Shown here piece after piece: positions 54,509 to 64,000 of a stretch of DNA of 64,000 bases. The DNA is from Deltaproteobacteria bacterium (GTDB lineage Bacteria > Desulfobacterota > Desulfobacteria > Desulfobacterales > G020354645). Where the stretch lies: NCBI GenBank assembly GCA_020354645.1, contig CP070652.1:292818-356817 (forward strand). Direction: 5' to 3'. A program made the position numbers and the translations under genes. The first letter of the stretch is position 1; each line of letters starts with the position of its first letter. The notes under the pieces were generated by a model, which saw nothing but the letters and a program-made list of their open reading frames with translations, ran no database searches and was not told the origin of the DNA.

Positions 54509-56593
54509 ATGAGAATCGCTCAAGACAAAGTTAGGAACATCGGTATAAGCGCCCACATAGATTCGGGTAAAACCACGCTTACCGAAAGGATTTTGTATTA
54601 TACCAAACGTATCCACGCTATCCATGACGTCAAAGGCAAGGATGGAATCGGTGCAACCATGGATTCGATGGATCTGGAAAAAGAGCGGGGCATATCAATC
54701 GCCTCCGCGGCAACATTTTGCCAATGGCGCGGTCATGATATTAATATTATTGATACTCCCGGTCATGTTGATTTCACCATTGAGGTCGAAAGGTCTTTGC
54801 GCGTAATCGACGGAGCTATCCTTGTCTTGTGCGCAGTTGGCGGAGTCCAGTCCCAGTCCATTACTGTGGACCAACAAATGAAAAGATACCGGGTTCCGTG
54901 TATTGCTTTTGTCAACAAGTGTGATCGCAGCGGCGCCAATCCATTTCGGGTTGTCGAGCAACTTAACGAAAAACTTGGCCATAATGCCGTGGCGATGCAG
55001 ATCCCAATCGGTCTGGAGGAAAACTTTTCCGGCATTGTCGATCTCATCAGCATGAAAGCTGTCTTTTTCGAGGGGGTAAACGGTGAAGCGGTCCGTGTCG
55101 AAAATATACCTGATGAGATTCTCACACAAGCCTTGGAAAAGCGTGAAGAACTTATCAATGCCACCTCTATGTTTTCAGACGAGCTTACCGAGGCTGCTCT
55201 CGAAGATCGCATTACTGAAGATCTTATTATTTCAGCAGTACGCAAAGCAACACTTAATCGTGATATGACACCTGTTTATATGGGATCGGCATATAAAAAC
55301 AAAGGGGTTCAGCCCCTGCTCGATGCCGTGACCCATTTATTGCCATGCCCTGCGGATATCCAAAACGAGGCACTTGAACTTGATAATTCCGAACAGCCTG
55401 TCATGATTTCCAGCAATCCGGATGACCCTCTGGTTGCCCTTGCTTTTAAGCTTGAAGAGGGGCCGTACGGTCAACTCACGTATATCCGAGTATACCAAGG
55501 CACCCTCACCAAAGGATCGACGATAATGAATGTGCGAAAAGGAAAAAAGATTAAGGTAGGCAGAGTGGTCCGCATGCATGCCAGCCAAATGGAAGATATC
55601 GAAAGCATATCGGCGGGGTATATCGGAGCCCTTTTCGGCATTGACTGCGCGTCTGGCGATACGTTTGTAAGTCCGGGACTCAATTTGTCCATGACATCCA
55701 TGTATGTACCGACACCGGTGATTTCTCTGGCGATTGCCCCGCAAGACAATAAATCTCAAATAAATATGTCAAAAGCACTTAATCGATTCACCAAGGAGGA
55801 TCCAACTTTTAGGTCTTACGTTAACAAGGAGACCAATGAAACCATTATTGAAGGCATGGGTGAATTGCATCTGGAAGTTTATCTAGAGCGCATGAGAAGG
55901 GAGTATGATGCCCAGGTTGAGGCAGGCAACCCTCGGGTAGCCTATCGCGAGACCATTACCAAGAAAGCGGAATTCAATTACACTCACAAGAAACAGACCG
56001 GTGGCGCCGGACAGTATGGCCGGATTGCCGGATACTTGGAACCTGTAACCGGCCAAGATTTCGTATTTGAAAACCAAATCGTCGGTGGGGCGATTCCGAG
56101 CAAATTCATCCCGGCCTGCGAAAAAGGATTTCGAGAATGTCTGGCCAAAGGGCCAAAATTAGAATTCCCCGTGACCGGCGTAAAGGTTGTTATCAATGAC
56201 GGAGCTTTCCATGCGGTTGACTCTTCTGACTTGGCTTTCCAAACAGCAGCTCGTGGTGCTTTTTGGGATGCTTATTTCAAAGCCAATCCGGTGATTCATG
56301 AACCGATCATGAAAGTAGTTATTGAGACACCGACCGAGTTTCAGGGTGCAGTCATGGGATCTTTAAACCAGCGCCGAGGTGTGATCGTCGGTTCTCAGGA
56401 TGAGGGGCCGACATCTGTTATCGAAGCCCAAGTCCCCTTATCAGAAATGTTTGGATATTCAACGGTTTTAAGATCATTGACCCAGGGTAAGGCGCAATTC
56501 ACCATGGAATTCTTCATCTATAAACAAGTCCCGCAATCAATTACCGAAGCATTGGCAAAAAAAACAGCAGAAAAAAAGAAAAACGTTGCTTAA
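54509..56593 (+). CDS. Elongation factor G paralog (EF-G2-like translational GTPase)
   Basis: 694 aa. AHIDSGKTT (G1), DTPGHVDF (G3), NKCD (G4). Domains II-V are colinear with EF-G. It is not in an rpsL-rpsG-fusA-tuf context. Confidence 0.88.
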   Translation: MRIAQDKVRNIGISAHIDSGKTTLTERILYYTKRIHAIHDVKGKDGIGATMDSMDLEKERGISIASAATFCQWRGHDINIIDTPGHVDFTIEVERSLRVIDGAILVLCAVGGVQSQSITVDQQMKRYRVPCIAFVNKCDRSGANPFRVVEQLNEKLGHNAVAMQIPIGLEENFSGIVDLISMKAVFFEGVNGEAVRVENIPDEILTQALEKREELINATSMFSDELTEAALEDRITEDLIISAVRKATLNRDMTPVYMGSAYKNKGVQPLLDAVTHLLPCPADIQNEALELDNSEQPVMISSNPDDPLVALAFKLEEGPYGQLTYIRVYQGTLTKGSTIMNVRKGKKIKVGRVVRMHASQMEDIESISAGYIGALFGIDCASGDTFVSPGLNLSMTSMYVPTPVISLAIAPQDNKSQINMSKALNRFTKEDPTFRSYVNKETNETIIEGMGELHLEVYLERMRREYDAQVEAGNPRVAYRETITKKAEFNYTHKKQTGGAGQYGRIAGYLEPVTGQDFVFENQIVGGAIPSKFIPACEKGFRECLAKGPKLEFPVTGVKVVINDGAFHAVDSSDLAFQTAARGAFWDAYFKANPVIHEPIMKVVIETPTEFQGAVMGSLNQRRGVIVGSQDEGPTSVIEAQVPLSEMFGYSTVLRSLTQGKAQFTMEFFIYKQVPQSITEALAKKTAEKKKNVA

Positions 56594-56609
56594 AGAAAGG
56601 AGTATCGGC

Positions 56610-57329
56610 ATGTTAAAAACTGATCTAATCCTCCGAAATCCATTGAGACTAATTAGCAGCCAATCAGAAGACGGCCTATCTGACGGAGTGTTCGGGGCGG
56701 TTCTTGCGCGTGCCGGTGTTGGCAAAACAGCGTTTTTGGTACAGGTATCATTGAATTTTTTGCTTAGGGGGAAAAATGTTCTGCATATCAGCCTGAATGA
56801 TCCAATCCAGAAGGTCAACCTCTGGTACCAGGAAGTCTTTGGCCACCTCGCCCGCCAATACAATGTCAAGCAAGTTCAAGAGCTTTGGGAATCATTGCTG
56901 CCGCACAGATTTATCATGACCTTTAAGGTTGAAGGCTTTAGCGTTCCCAGGTTGGAAGAACGGGTTACCGATCTGACAGAGCAGAAAATCTTCATTCCGC
57001 AAATGGTTATTATTGATGGTCTGCCTTTTAATGCATCAGTGCGAGAGTCTCTGTTGCTCCTTAAATCTTTGGCCTACAAACGTTCGTTGAGTGTCTGGTT
57101 TACGGTAAGGACTCATCGCCATGAGGCCCCCGGACCGGATGGCTTGCCCGCTCAACTAGAGAATATTGCGGATTTATTTGAATTGGCTATCCAGCTAAAA
57201 CCCAAGGGTGAAGAGATCTATGTAATTGCTTTAAAAGGAGAAAAATTACCAGTTGCTGATCATGCCCTGCTACTTGATCCGGCCACTATGCTCATCAAAA
57301 AGCAAGATACAGTTTCCGTGACCGACTAA
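56610..57329 (+). CDS. RecA-superfamily (KaiC/DnaB-like) P-loop protein, function unknown
   Basis: Walker A-like LARAGVGKTAF and Walker B-like PQMVIIDGL. AGGAG Shine-Dalgarno 8 nt before the ATG at 56610, which is 16 nt after the EF-G stop. Confidence 0.5.
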   Translation: MLKTDLILRNPLRLISSQSEDGLSDGVFGAVLARAGVGKTAFLVQVSLNFLLRGKNVLHISLNDPIQKVNLWYQEVFGHLARQYNVKQVQELWESLLPHRFIMTFKVEGFSVPRLEERVTDLTEQKIFIPQMVIIDGLPFNASVRESLLLLKSLAYKRSLSVWFTVRTHRHEAPGPDGLPAQLENIADLFELAIQLKPKGEEIYVIALKGEKLPVADHALLLDPATMLIKKQDTVSVTD

Positions 57330-57363
57330 ATAAATTGCTCATGGTGGATATAAAACCATAATA

Positions 57364-57396
57364 AAATTTGATGGGTCGGCGAACATCAAATTTTTT
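57364..57396 (+). terminator. Rho-independent terminator
   Basis: AAATTTGATG (57364-57373) pairs perfectly with CATCAAATTT (57384-57393), and the T run extends to 57396. Confidence 0.6.
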
Positions 57397-57690
57397 CAGT
57401 TGAGAACCTTCTTCAGAAACCCCGCCACGTTCGTTTTATCGTCATAATTGTTTGCTATTCGGCCAGGAACTCACTGGCTGGACCTCATGCGCAATTGGCG
57501 GCCGGCATCTGGTCGACAAAAAAATTAACCTTCGCCTGGGCCGGTACAACCGTGAGGGCAAAAGGTCATAAAATGAATCAATCCGCCCGAATTCTAACCC
57601 TAAATCGTAATGGTATTCGCCACGCTAACTTTGACCTGTCGTTTTATGCAGACGAGACTGGAATCCGGTTGTAATATAGGAAATATTTAA

Positions 57691-58395
57691 ATGCGGGTAT
57701 CTGAAAAAAAAACGGTCATCGAAACAAAAGCACTGACACGCATCTATTCGCTCGGTGACAGTGAAGTAATTGGAATCAGCTCAATCAATCTCGAAATCGC
57801 CGCCAGAGAACTGGTAGTTCTCAAAGGTAACAGCGGCTCGGGGAAAAGCACTTTATTGTCATTGCTGTCAGGTCTGGATCGACCCACAAGCGGAGAATTG
57901 AAGGTCGCTGGTCATGACCTTATAAAAGCACCGGAGGAACAACTCACCCGATTTCGCCGCGAAGTTGTAGGTATGGTGTTTCAAAACTTCAATTTACTGC
58001 CCACCCTTTCGGTCTTAGAAAATGTCTGCCTGCCAGCGCTGCTGGCCGGCGGTTGGCCCGAAAAAATTGAACCCAAGGCGATCGATCTTTTACAGTGGCT
58101 TGGCCTGGGCGATCGAATGGCGCATCAACCGGCACAGCTTTCCGGTGGTGAAATGCAACGAACCGCCATCGCCAGAGCCCTCATCAACGATCCCGCCATC
58201 ATTCTTGCGGATGAACCCACCGGTAATCTGGATAGCCGCAACGGCCAACTCGTTATTCAATTGCTGGCAGAATTGCACCGTACACGGGAGCGTACGGTGA
58301 TCATTGCCACCCACAGCAATCTGGCGGATGCTTTCGCCACGATGGAGATATGCCTCAAAGACGGTATGATAACGGATACAACATGCGAAGTTTAG
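57691..58395 (+). CDS. ABC transporter ATP-binding protein (MacB/LolD/FtsE type)
   Basis: Walker [11 protein letters not shown]-loop, signature LSGGEMQR, Walker [13 protein letters not shown]-loop ATHS. Confidence 0.9.
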   Translation: MRVSEKKTVIETKALTRIYSLGDSEVIGISSINLEIAARELVVLKGNSGSGKSTLLSLLSGLDRPTSGELKVAGHDLIKAPEEQLTRFRREVVGMVFQNFNLLPTLSVLENVCLPALLAGGWPEKIEPKAIDLLQWLGLGDRMAHQPAQLSGGEMQRTAIARALINDPAIILADEPTGNLDSRNGQLVIQLLAELHRTRERTVIIATHSNLADAFATMEICLKDGMITDTTCEV

Positions 58396-60971
58396 TATTC
58401 TTTTTGCGGTTATTTAGCTGGTTCAGTCTGCGTCATATCGGAAAGCATTGGTTTCAGGCGATGTTGGTTTTATTCGGCATCGCTTTAGGTGCAGCCGTAT
58501 TTACAAGTGTGAGACTCTCCGTTCATGCCTCGTTGCGTTCCTTTACCAGTAGCATGAATCATATCGCCGGCCGAACAGAAAAAGTATTGGCACGCCCAGG
58601 CGGGTTTTTACCTGAAAGCCTTGTATCCGCCATTATAAATCATCCTTCAGTCCGCAACGCTTCACCGATGCTGTCCGGCTATGTCCAGCATTTTGGCGCA
58701 GACAAAGAACCCTTTCTTCTCATCGGAATTGATCCTATTCTTGACCGTCCCTTTCGCAGCTGGCAAATTGCCAAAGGAAAGCCTCGCAAAGTCGGCATGT
58801 GGCTGGATCTGCTAAAAGAACCTTACACATTGATTTTGGGAGGGGCGTTGGCCCGTCAATATGGTTATGCGCCTGGAGAGAAAATAAAGCTGGAGCATTC
58901 TCGGCAAACCGTTGATTTTCGAATTGTCGGTGTGCTGGCGCCGGAAAACCTGGCTCTCGCAGAGGGTGGGCGCCTGGCGTTAACTGATATTGCAACCTTC
59001 CAGGAATTCACCGGCCTGTATGGAAAAATAGACCGCATCGACCTCCGGCTGCAGCCTGAACAGACCGCAGAGAACTTTCAAAATATTGTATCAACGCTTC
59101 CTCCGGGCGTAATAATGTCATCACCTTCTGAACGCCGCGAAAGCGGCCAGGCTATGATCCGTGCCTATCAACTCAATCTATCGATATTAAGTTTTGCGTC
59201 TCTTTTTGTGGGCATGTTTTTAGTCTATAGCCTTGTTGCATTGAATGCCGCCTCACGCCGCCACGAACTCGCCATCTTACGTTCAACAGGTGCATCTGCC
59301 CGTTTACTCTTTCTCATTTTTTTGGCCCAAGGTACTGTATTCGGTCTTGCCGGATGGCTTTTGGCCATCCCCATCAGCAGCTTTCTGATCAAATATCTGC
59401 TTCATGGTGTCAGCCAGACAATTTCCACGCTCTTTGTCCGAGTTACGGTTGAACAGCTATCGCTGAATTCCTGGGAAATATTTCTGTCTTTTATGGTAAC
59501 AATTTTCATTTCCGTCCTGGCAGCATATCTGCCTGCAAGGGAAGCGATGCAGGTTTCACCCAAAGAGGCACTAAGTATTGCCGAGCATAGCGAGCAGGCT
59601 GATAAACCAACCCTTCGGTTGGCAGGATTAGGGATCTTCTTCATTGTGTTGGTCTGGCCATTGTCCAAGCTCCCAGGATATGCGGGCGTGCCGCTTCCAG
59701 GGTACATCGCCACCCTTTTACTTTTTACTGGATTTGCCATGCTATCGCCTTGGATCCTGGAGCAATTGGGCAAAGCTCTGGCACCAAAACTCCGACGTCT
59801 TGGAGGAATGCCGGCATATCTCGCGGGGCGCTATATTCGCGGCAGCGGGAATCGAACCGCTATTTCAGTAGGGGCTTTGATTACTGCTGTAGCACTTTTT
59901 GTCTCACTCGTCATCATGATCCACAGCTTCCGGCAGACGGTTCAATTATGGGCTTATCAAACAGTAAGTGGGGATCTGTTTGCCACCACCAAAATGGGTG
60001 AAGTCAACCAATTTCGATACCCCTTATCCCCGGAGGTAATCAGGACCCTCACGACCCTCGATGCGCCGGTAGACCTTGTACCCAACCGGCGCTATTTTTT
60101 AAATTACGGAAAGTTTCCTTATGAATTTGAATTGTTGGATGTTGTTACCTTTTTACGATATGGTTCATACGTCTGGCTGAAAGGGCCATCCGAAACGGCA
60201 ATACACCGACTGATCAGTGGTGACGGCGTGATTGTATCAGAAGTATTTTCCAATCGAACAGGATTGACCGTCGGCGATCTTTTTCGTGCTCAGATTGAAA
60301 CATCACTGGTTGAGCTTCCTATTCTTGGAGTAGTTAGAGATTATCGAACCCAGGGAGGCGTTGTATTTTACGCAATGCCTCATTTTAAAAGGCGTTTCCA
60401 CGACCCTAAATGGGGGGGCGTAAGATTTTTCCTTCGCAATCGAAATCAGAACCTTGACGCTGCCGTTGTGTCTCTCCGCCGAGAAATTATCGAAAAATGT
60501 GGCGATCAATTAGGGATGATTAGCGGCAAGGAACTGAGGCAATCGATTTTGAAGGTCTTTGATGAAACTTTTGCCATAACGACGATACTTCTCTTTATCG
60601 CCTTCGTCATCGCGGCTTTAGGAATCACCACGACCTTGGCAGTGCTTGTGTTGGAACGGACCAGCCAACTCAATACCCTTTATGCCGTTGGCGCCAGCTT
60701 CGGACAAATTCGGAGGATGATATTTTGGGAGAGCATACTTATGGTTATTGCCGGCGAAACAGCAGGTTTTCTTTGCGGTCTTATCCTTTCCTATTTGCTG
60801 GTCTTTGTCATTAACCGGCAGTCTTTTGGCTGGACGTTTCTCTACGGGTTGGACCTGAAAGCTTTGGTTTTCTCTCTACCGTTAATCATTCTTACCGCAC
60901 TCATGGCAGCCCTGCCGGCAATAAGGCTTGTTTTCCGCCAACCGCCAGCGATGCTGTTGCGAGAAAGATAA
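58383..60971 (+). CDS. ABC transporter permease with duplicated FtsX/MacB-type domains
   Basis: About 860 aa, with two 4-TM FtsX-like blocks each preceded by a large extracytoplasmic loop. The ATG at 58383 overlaps the end of the ATPase gene. The track ORF starts at 58350. Confidence 0.8.
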   Translation: MRSLVFFLRLFSWFSLRHIGKHWFQAMLVLFGIALGAAVFTSVRLSVHASLRSFTSSMNHIAGRTEKVLARPGGFLPESLVSAIINHPSVRNASPMLSGYVQHFGADKEPFLLIGIDPILDRPFRSWQIAKGKPRKVGMWLDLLKEPYTLILGGALARQYGYAPGEKIKLEHSRQTVDFRIVGVLAPENLALAEGGRLALTDIATFQEFTGLYGKIDRIDLRLQPEQTAENFQNIVSTLPPGVIMSSPSERRESGQAMIRAYQLNLSILSFASLFVGMFLVYSLVALNAASRRHELAILRSTGASARLLFLIFLAQGTVFGLAGWLLAIPISSFLIKYLLHGVSQTISTLFVRVTVEQLSLNSWEIFLSFMVTIFISVLAAYLPAREAMQVSPKEALSIAEHSEQADKPTLRLAGLGIFFIVLVWPLSKLPGYAGVPLPGYIATLLLFTGFAMLSPWILEQLGKALAPKLRRLGGMPAYLAGRYIRGSGNRTAISVGALITAVALFVSLVIMIHSFRQTVQLWAYQTVSGDLFATTKMGEVNQFRYPLSPEVIRTLTTLDAPVDLVPNRRYFLNYGKFPYEFELLDVVTFLRYGSYVWLKGPSETAIHRLISGDGVIVSEVFSNRTGLTVGDLFRAQIETSLVELPILGVVRDYRTQGGVVFYAMPHFKRRFHDPKWGGVRFFLRNRNQNLDAAVVSLRREIIEKCGDQLGMISGKELRQSILKVFDETFAITTILLFIAFVIAALGITTTLAVLVLERTSQLNTLYAVGASFGQIRRMIFWESILMVIAGETAGFLCGLILSYLLVFVINRQSFGWTFLYGLDLKALVFSLPLIILTALMAALPAIRLVFRQPPAMLLRER

Positions 60972-61127
60972 TCATGAGGTTTAGCTTGGTCCTGATTGGG
61001 GTCTTCCGGCAACGGCATTGTATTTTGAAAAAATTAAATCATGAAAATCGATTATTGAAAGAAAAATTGAATTTAATGGCTCAGTTTATTTAAGAGTGTT
61101 TTTAAAACTAGCGCTAAAGGGTAAATT

Positions 61128-62291
61128 TTGAAGGCGCCATTTCTGCAGCAAAAATCGCATAAAAGAAAGACATTAATCTTCGGAATCCTGTTGCTTAGTT
61201 TAGGCACCGTCCTTCAGCTGTTTGCAGCTGACGATAGCGGATATTTTTCGGTAACGGGACCCTGCAATCTTGAATTTCCCAAAGATCATGGTTCTCATTC
61301 TGGTTATCGCACTGAGTGGTGGTATTATACCGGAAACGTAGATTCTGAAAACGGAAACCGTTTCGGTTTTCAGCTCACTTTTTTTCGAAGCCAGTTGAGC
61401 CCGGCTGGTGCAAGCCGGCATTGGCCTAAACCGGCATCACAATGGCGCACGCAACACATCTATCTGGCTCATGCCGCCATTTCAGATCTGGCCGGCGGCA
61501 GGCATCTTCACGCGGAGGAAAGCAGCCGGGGTGCACTCGGTCTGGCCGGCGTTGCTCTAAATGAAACCAGAATAACCACCGTGCATCTGAAAAACTGGTA
61601 CGCCAAAATCGGCCCTGAAAATCAACACCTTAAAGCCGCGACGGATAGGTTCGCTTTTGATCTAGAGCTAATCCCGACCAAAAAGCCAATTTTGCATGGT
61701 GAAGCCGGCTATAGTCGCAAAGGGAGGGCTTCTGAGAGTGCCAGTTGTTACTATTCGTTTACCAGGCTTAAGACCAGAGGCTCTTTGACCTTGAACGGTA
61801 AAACCTTTGCGGTGGAAGGTTTGAGCTGGATGGATCATGAATTCAGTACCGCACCGTTGGAGCCGGGAATCGTAGGCTGGGACTGGTTCAGTCTCATACT
61901 TTCTGATAGGACCGAATTAATGGTCTATGTGTTGCGCCAAAAAGACGGTACGATTAATCCGGCCTCCAGCGGCACTTTTGTAGACCCAGATGGGAACAGC
62001 CGTCATTTAACTAAAGAAGAATTTCGGGTTCTAGTTCTAGACTCCTGGAAAAGCCCAAATTCAGAAGCTTTATATCCGGTGCGATGGCGCTTGTCGGTTT
62101 TCCCGCTCTCGATGGAATTATCAATCGTGTCCAATCTGGCCGACCAAGAACTGCAGACGACAGAAAGCACCGGCGTTACCTATTGGGAAGGCAGTGTCTC
62201 AATCACCGGAACGGCGAATGATCACCGGATTGAGGGTCAAGGATATGTTGAGCTGACAGGGTATGCAAAAGCGTTTGATGCACCAATGTAA
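61128..62291 (+). CDS. AttH/CrtC-like lipocalin-fold lipoprotein (hydroxyneurosporene synthase-like domain)
   Basis: Signal peptide LIFGILLLSLGTVLQLFA. FPKDHGSH..YRTEWWYYTGNV.....FGFQLTFFR and WMDHEF motifs are typical of the AttH component of attEFGH-type ABC systems. Confidence 0.7.
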   Translation: MKAPFLQQKSHKRKTLIFGILLLSLGTVLQLFAADDSGYFSVTGPCNLEFPKDHGSHSGYRTEWWYYTGNVDSENGNRFGFQLTFFRSQLSPAGASRHWPKPASQWRTQHIYLAHAAISDLAGGRHLHAEESSRGALGLAGVALNETRITTVHLKNWYAKIGPENQHLKAATDRFAFDLELIPTKKPILHGEAGYSRKGRASESASCYYSFTRLKTRGSLTLNGKTFAVEGLSWMDHEFSTAPLEPGIVGWDWFSLILSDRTELMVYVLRQKDGTINPASSGTFVDPDGNSRHLTKEEFRVLVLDSWKSPNSEALYPVRWRLSVFPLSMELSIVSNLADQELQTTESTGVTYWEGSVSITGTANDHRIEGQGYVELTGYAKAFDAPM

Positions 62292-62302
62292 AAGAGAAAA
62301 AA

Positions 62303-62332
62303 GGGGGTTGCGAGTGTTTTCTTGCAACCCCC
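62303..62332. terminator. Bidirectional rho-independent terminator (attH-like on +, tRNA genes on -)
   Basis: GGGGGTTGC (62303-62311) pairs with GCAACCCCC (62324-62332). On the minus strand the stem is followed by TTTTTTCTCTTTT. Confidence 0.7.
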
Positions 62333-62343
62333 TACAATTTTAC

Positions 62344-62418
<75 letters not shown>

Positions 62419-62426
62419 CAAAAAAA

Positions 62427-62501
<75 letters not shown>

Positions 62502-62554
62502 TCAGCAGGAGTTGTTTGTTTATCTTTTTATGTCAATTTTGTCAACAAAAAAGG

Positions 62555-63094
62555 CTAAATCTCCAACAGCCTTCTGAATCGGATAAAATAATCAACACCC
62601 GACCAAATCGTAAATACGAGCGCAGTTAACAGAAATACGTAACCAATAGCCTGAAAATTAATTTCAAAATAGGGATAATGGATTAAAAGAGGAATAGCAG
62701 CGGCAATTTGAAATCCGGTTTTATATTTCCCCAGCCAGGAAGCAGATACATCTTCACCTTTTCCGGCAATGATGTTCCGAAGGCCTGTGACCGCAAGCTC
62801 GCGACCGATGATAATGCACACCATCCACGCCGGTATCCAGTCATGGGAGGTGAGCATGATAAATGCTGAGGATACCAATAACTTGTCAGCAACCGGATCC
62901 ATCACTTTTCCGAGCGTGGTTTCAAGTCCCCGTCGCCTGGCAAGATAGCCATCCAGGTAATCCGTAATAGCAGCGGCACTGAACAGCGCCGCTGCCAATA
63001 TTGCGCATGCTCGATTGGGGAAGATCATCAGGGCCACGATGGCCGGCACCGCTGCAATTCGGAATAATGTTAAAAAATTAGGATGATTCCACAT
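62555..63094 (-). CDS. pgsA: CDP-diacylglycerol--glycerol-3-phosphate 3-phosphatidyltransferase
   Basis: 179 aa. PNFLTLFRI and the CDP-alcohol phosphatidyltransferase motif DYLDGYLARRRGLETTLGKVMDPVADKL. Multiple TM helices. Confidence 0.88.
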   Translation of the reverse strand: MWNHPNFLTLFRIAAVPAIVALMIFPNRACAILAAALFSAAAITDYLDGYLARRRGLETTLGKVMDPVADKLLVSSAFIMLTSHDWIPAWMVCIIIGRELAVTGLRNIIAGKGEDVSASWLGKYKTGFQIAAAIPLLIHYPYFEINFQAIGYVFLLTALVFTIWSGVDYFIRFRRLLEI

Positions 63095-63424
63095 TTTTTT
63101 AATTTGATGCCCTCAACCATCGTTCGTAATTCGGGAATGAGTAATTTCCTGAATTTTGCACGAGTCGGAGGCTTTCATATGCAAGGCATCTAAGGGCGAA
63201 GTCATAGTGAACTATTACGAGCCCTTAGTAATAACGGCGCTTTAAGCGCAGCCCGGAGGGCATGGAAGCCTCCGGCTCGCCCGCAGGGTGAAAATTAATG
63301 AGATAAAATGATTTTCATCCATTATACTTGATCGGTATTTTAGTTTACTTCTCTGGTTTGCTTAACCTGCTGTCATTAAATATTATTTCAACTTCTCATT
63401 AATTTTTATGCAAGATTCAGGAAT

Positions 63425-64000
63425 TTACTTCTGGGCTTTCTCCCAATCTTCCAGAAAGGCTTTCAGCCCTTTGTCAGTAAGCGGATGAGCCGCTAATTTA
63501 CTGAGGACATCGAATGGAATGGTCGCTACGTCGGCACCCATCAGAGCGGCTTCGAGAACATGGAGCGGATTGCGGACACTGGCCACAATAATTTCGGTAT
63601 CAAACGCATAGTTGCTGTAAATTTCAACGATCTGTTCAGCCAAAAGGAGCCCGTCCTGAGAGATATCATCCAGGCGGCCCACAAACGGGCTGACGAAAGC
63701 AGCACCGGCCTTGGCCGCCATAAGTGCCTGCAGGGGTGAAAAAACCAGGGTCAGGTTGGTCTTGATCCCCTCGTCGGCAAGCTTGCAGGTTGCTTTCAAA
63801 CCGTCGGTGGTCATGGGAATCTTGACAACGATATTCTGGTGAATCTTTGCCAGCTCTCGGGCTTCCTTGACCATGCCGTAGCTATCGGTGCTGATGACCT
63901 CCGCGCTTATGGGACCATCTACAAGGTCACAAATCTCTCTGATAATTTTTTCAAAAGGGCGCGCTTCTTTAGCGATCAGCGTCGGATTAGTTGTCACCCC
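63425..64000 (-). CDS. tal: Transaldolase / fructose-6-phosphate aldolase family (short Tal type), N-terminus beyond window edge
   Basis: [16 protein letters not shown] (Schiff-base Lys context), [11 protein letters not shown]. The frame is open to the window end. Confidence 0.85.
   Translation of the reverse strand, partial: GVTTNPTLIAKEARPFEKIIREICDLVDGPISAEVISTDSYGMVKEARELAKIHQNIVVKIPMTTDGLKATCKLADEGIKTNLTLVFSPLQALMAAKAGAAFVSPFVGRLDDISQDGLLLAEQIVEIYSNYAFDTEIIVASVRNPLHVLEAALMGADVATIPFDVLSKLAAHPLTDKGLKAFLEDWEKAQK

Noticed and set aside
63161-63279. Calling the structured intergenic element a molybdenum-cofactor riboswitch.
   Set aside because: Only a short GCCUCCG-like stretch resembles my recollection of the motif. 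There is no molybdenum-related gene downstream on either strand. It is kept as an unexplained structured element.

Overview
This 64 kb window looks like chromosomal DNA from a Desulfobacterota (Desulfobacterales-like) anaerobe. The taxon is inferred from gene content: Hdr/MvhD-type redox proteins, a selenoprotein, pfa/ole lipid genes and an MglA/MglB module. About 47 protein genes and 2 tRNAs can be supported. No CRISPR array, IS element, prophage or rRNA was seen.

Four regions stand out:
1. **pfa-ole lipid locus (3.1-28.5 kb).** A PUFA-synthase-type PKS (pfaD-like enoyl reductase, pfaA-like KS-AT-ACP-ACP-KR-DH, pfaC-like KS-CLF-AT-DH-DH) is followed directly by a complete oleABCD head-to-head olefin cluster and a tightly coupled stand-alone PocR sensor-domain gene. 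The pfa genes are unusually interrupted by unrelated genes.
2. **Redox locus (28.8-36.6 kb).** It encodes Rrf2, an SQR/NDH-II-like flavoprotein, DUF1641 and three Hdr-like proteins. The two ORFs at 35418..36125 and 36138..36638 are best read as one HdrD-like selenoprotein. They are in frame, separated by TGA, and an fdhF-like SECIS hairpin follows.
3. **Ten-gene minus-strand operon (43.6-53.2 kb).** It runs mglB-like, mglA-like, two unknowns, a Zn-ribbon/HAMP sensor with no output domain, a tandem PATAN-like protein, a PAS-PAS-DHp protein with no ATPase domain, REC-PATAN, a second Roadblock protein and a TPR-fused GspE/PilB-type ATPase. This is my best candidate for an uncharacterised system.
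4. **Large repeat protein (37.4-40.6 kb).** A 1078-aa protein carries four regularly sized 78-aa TPR-like modules.

All family calls rest on motif recognition by eye. No database search was run.
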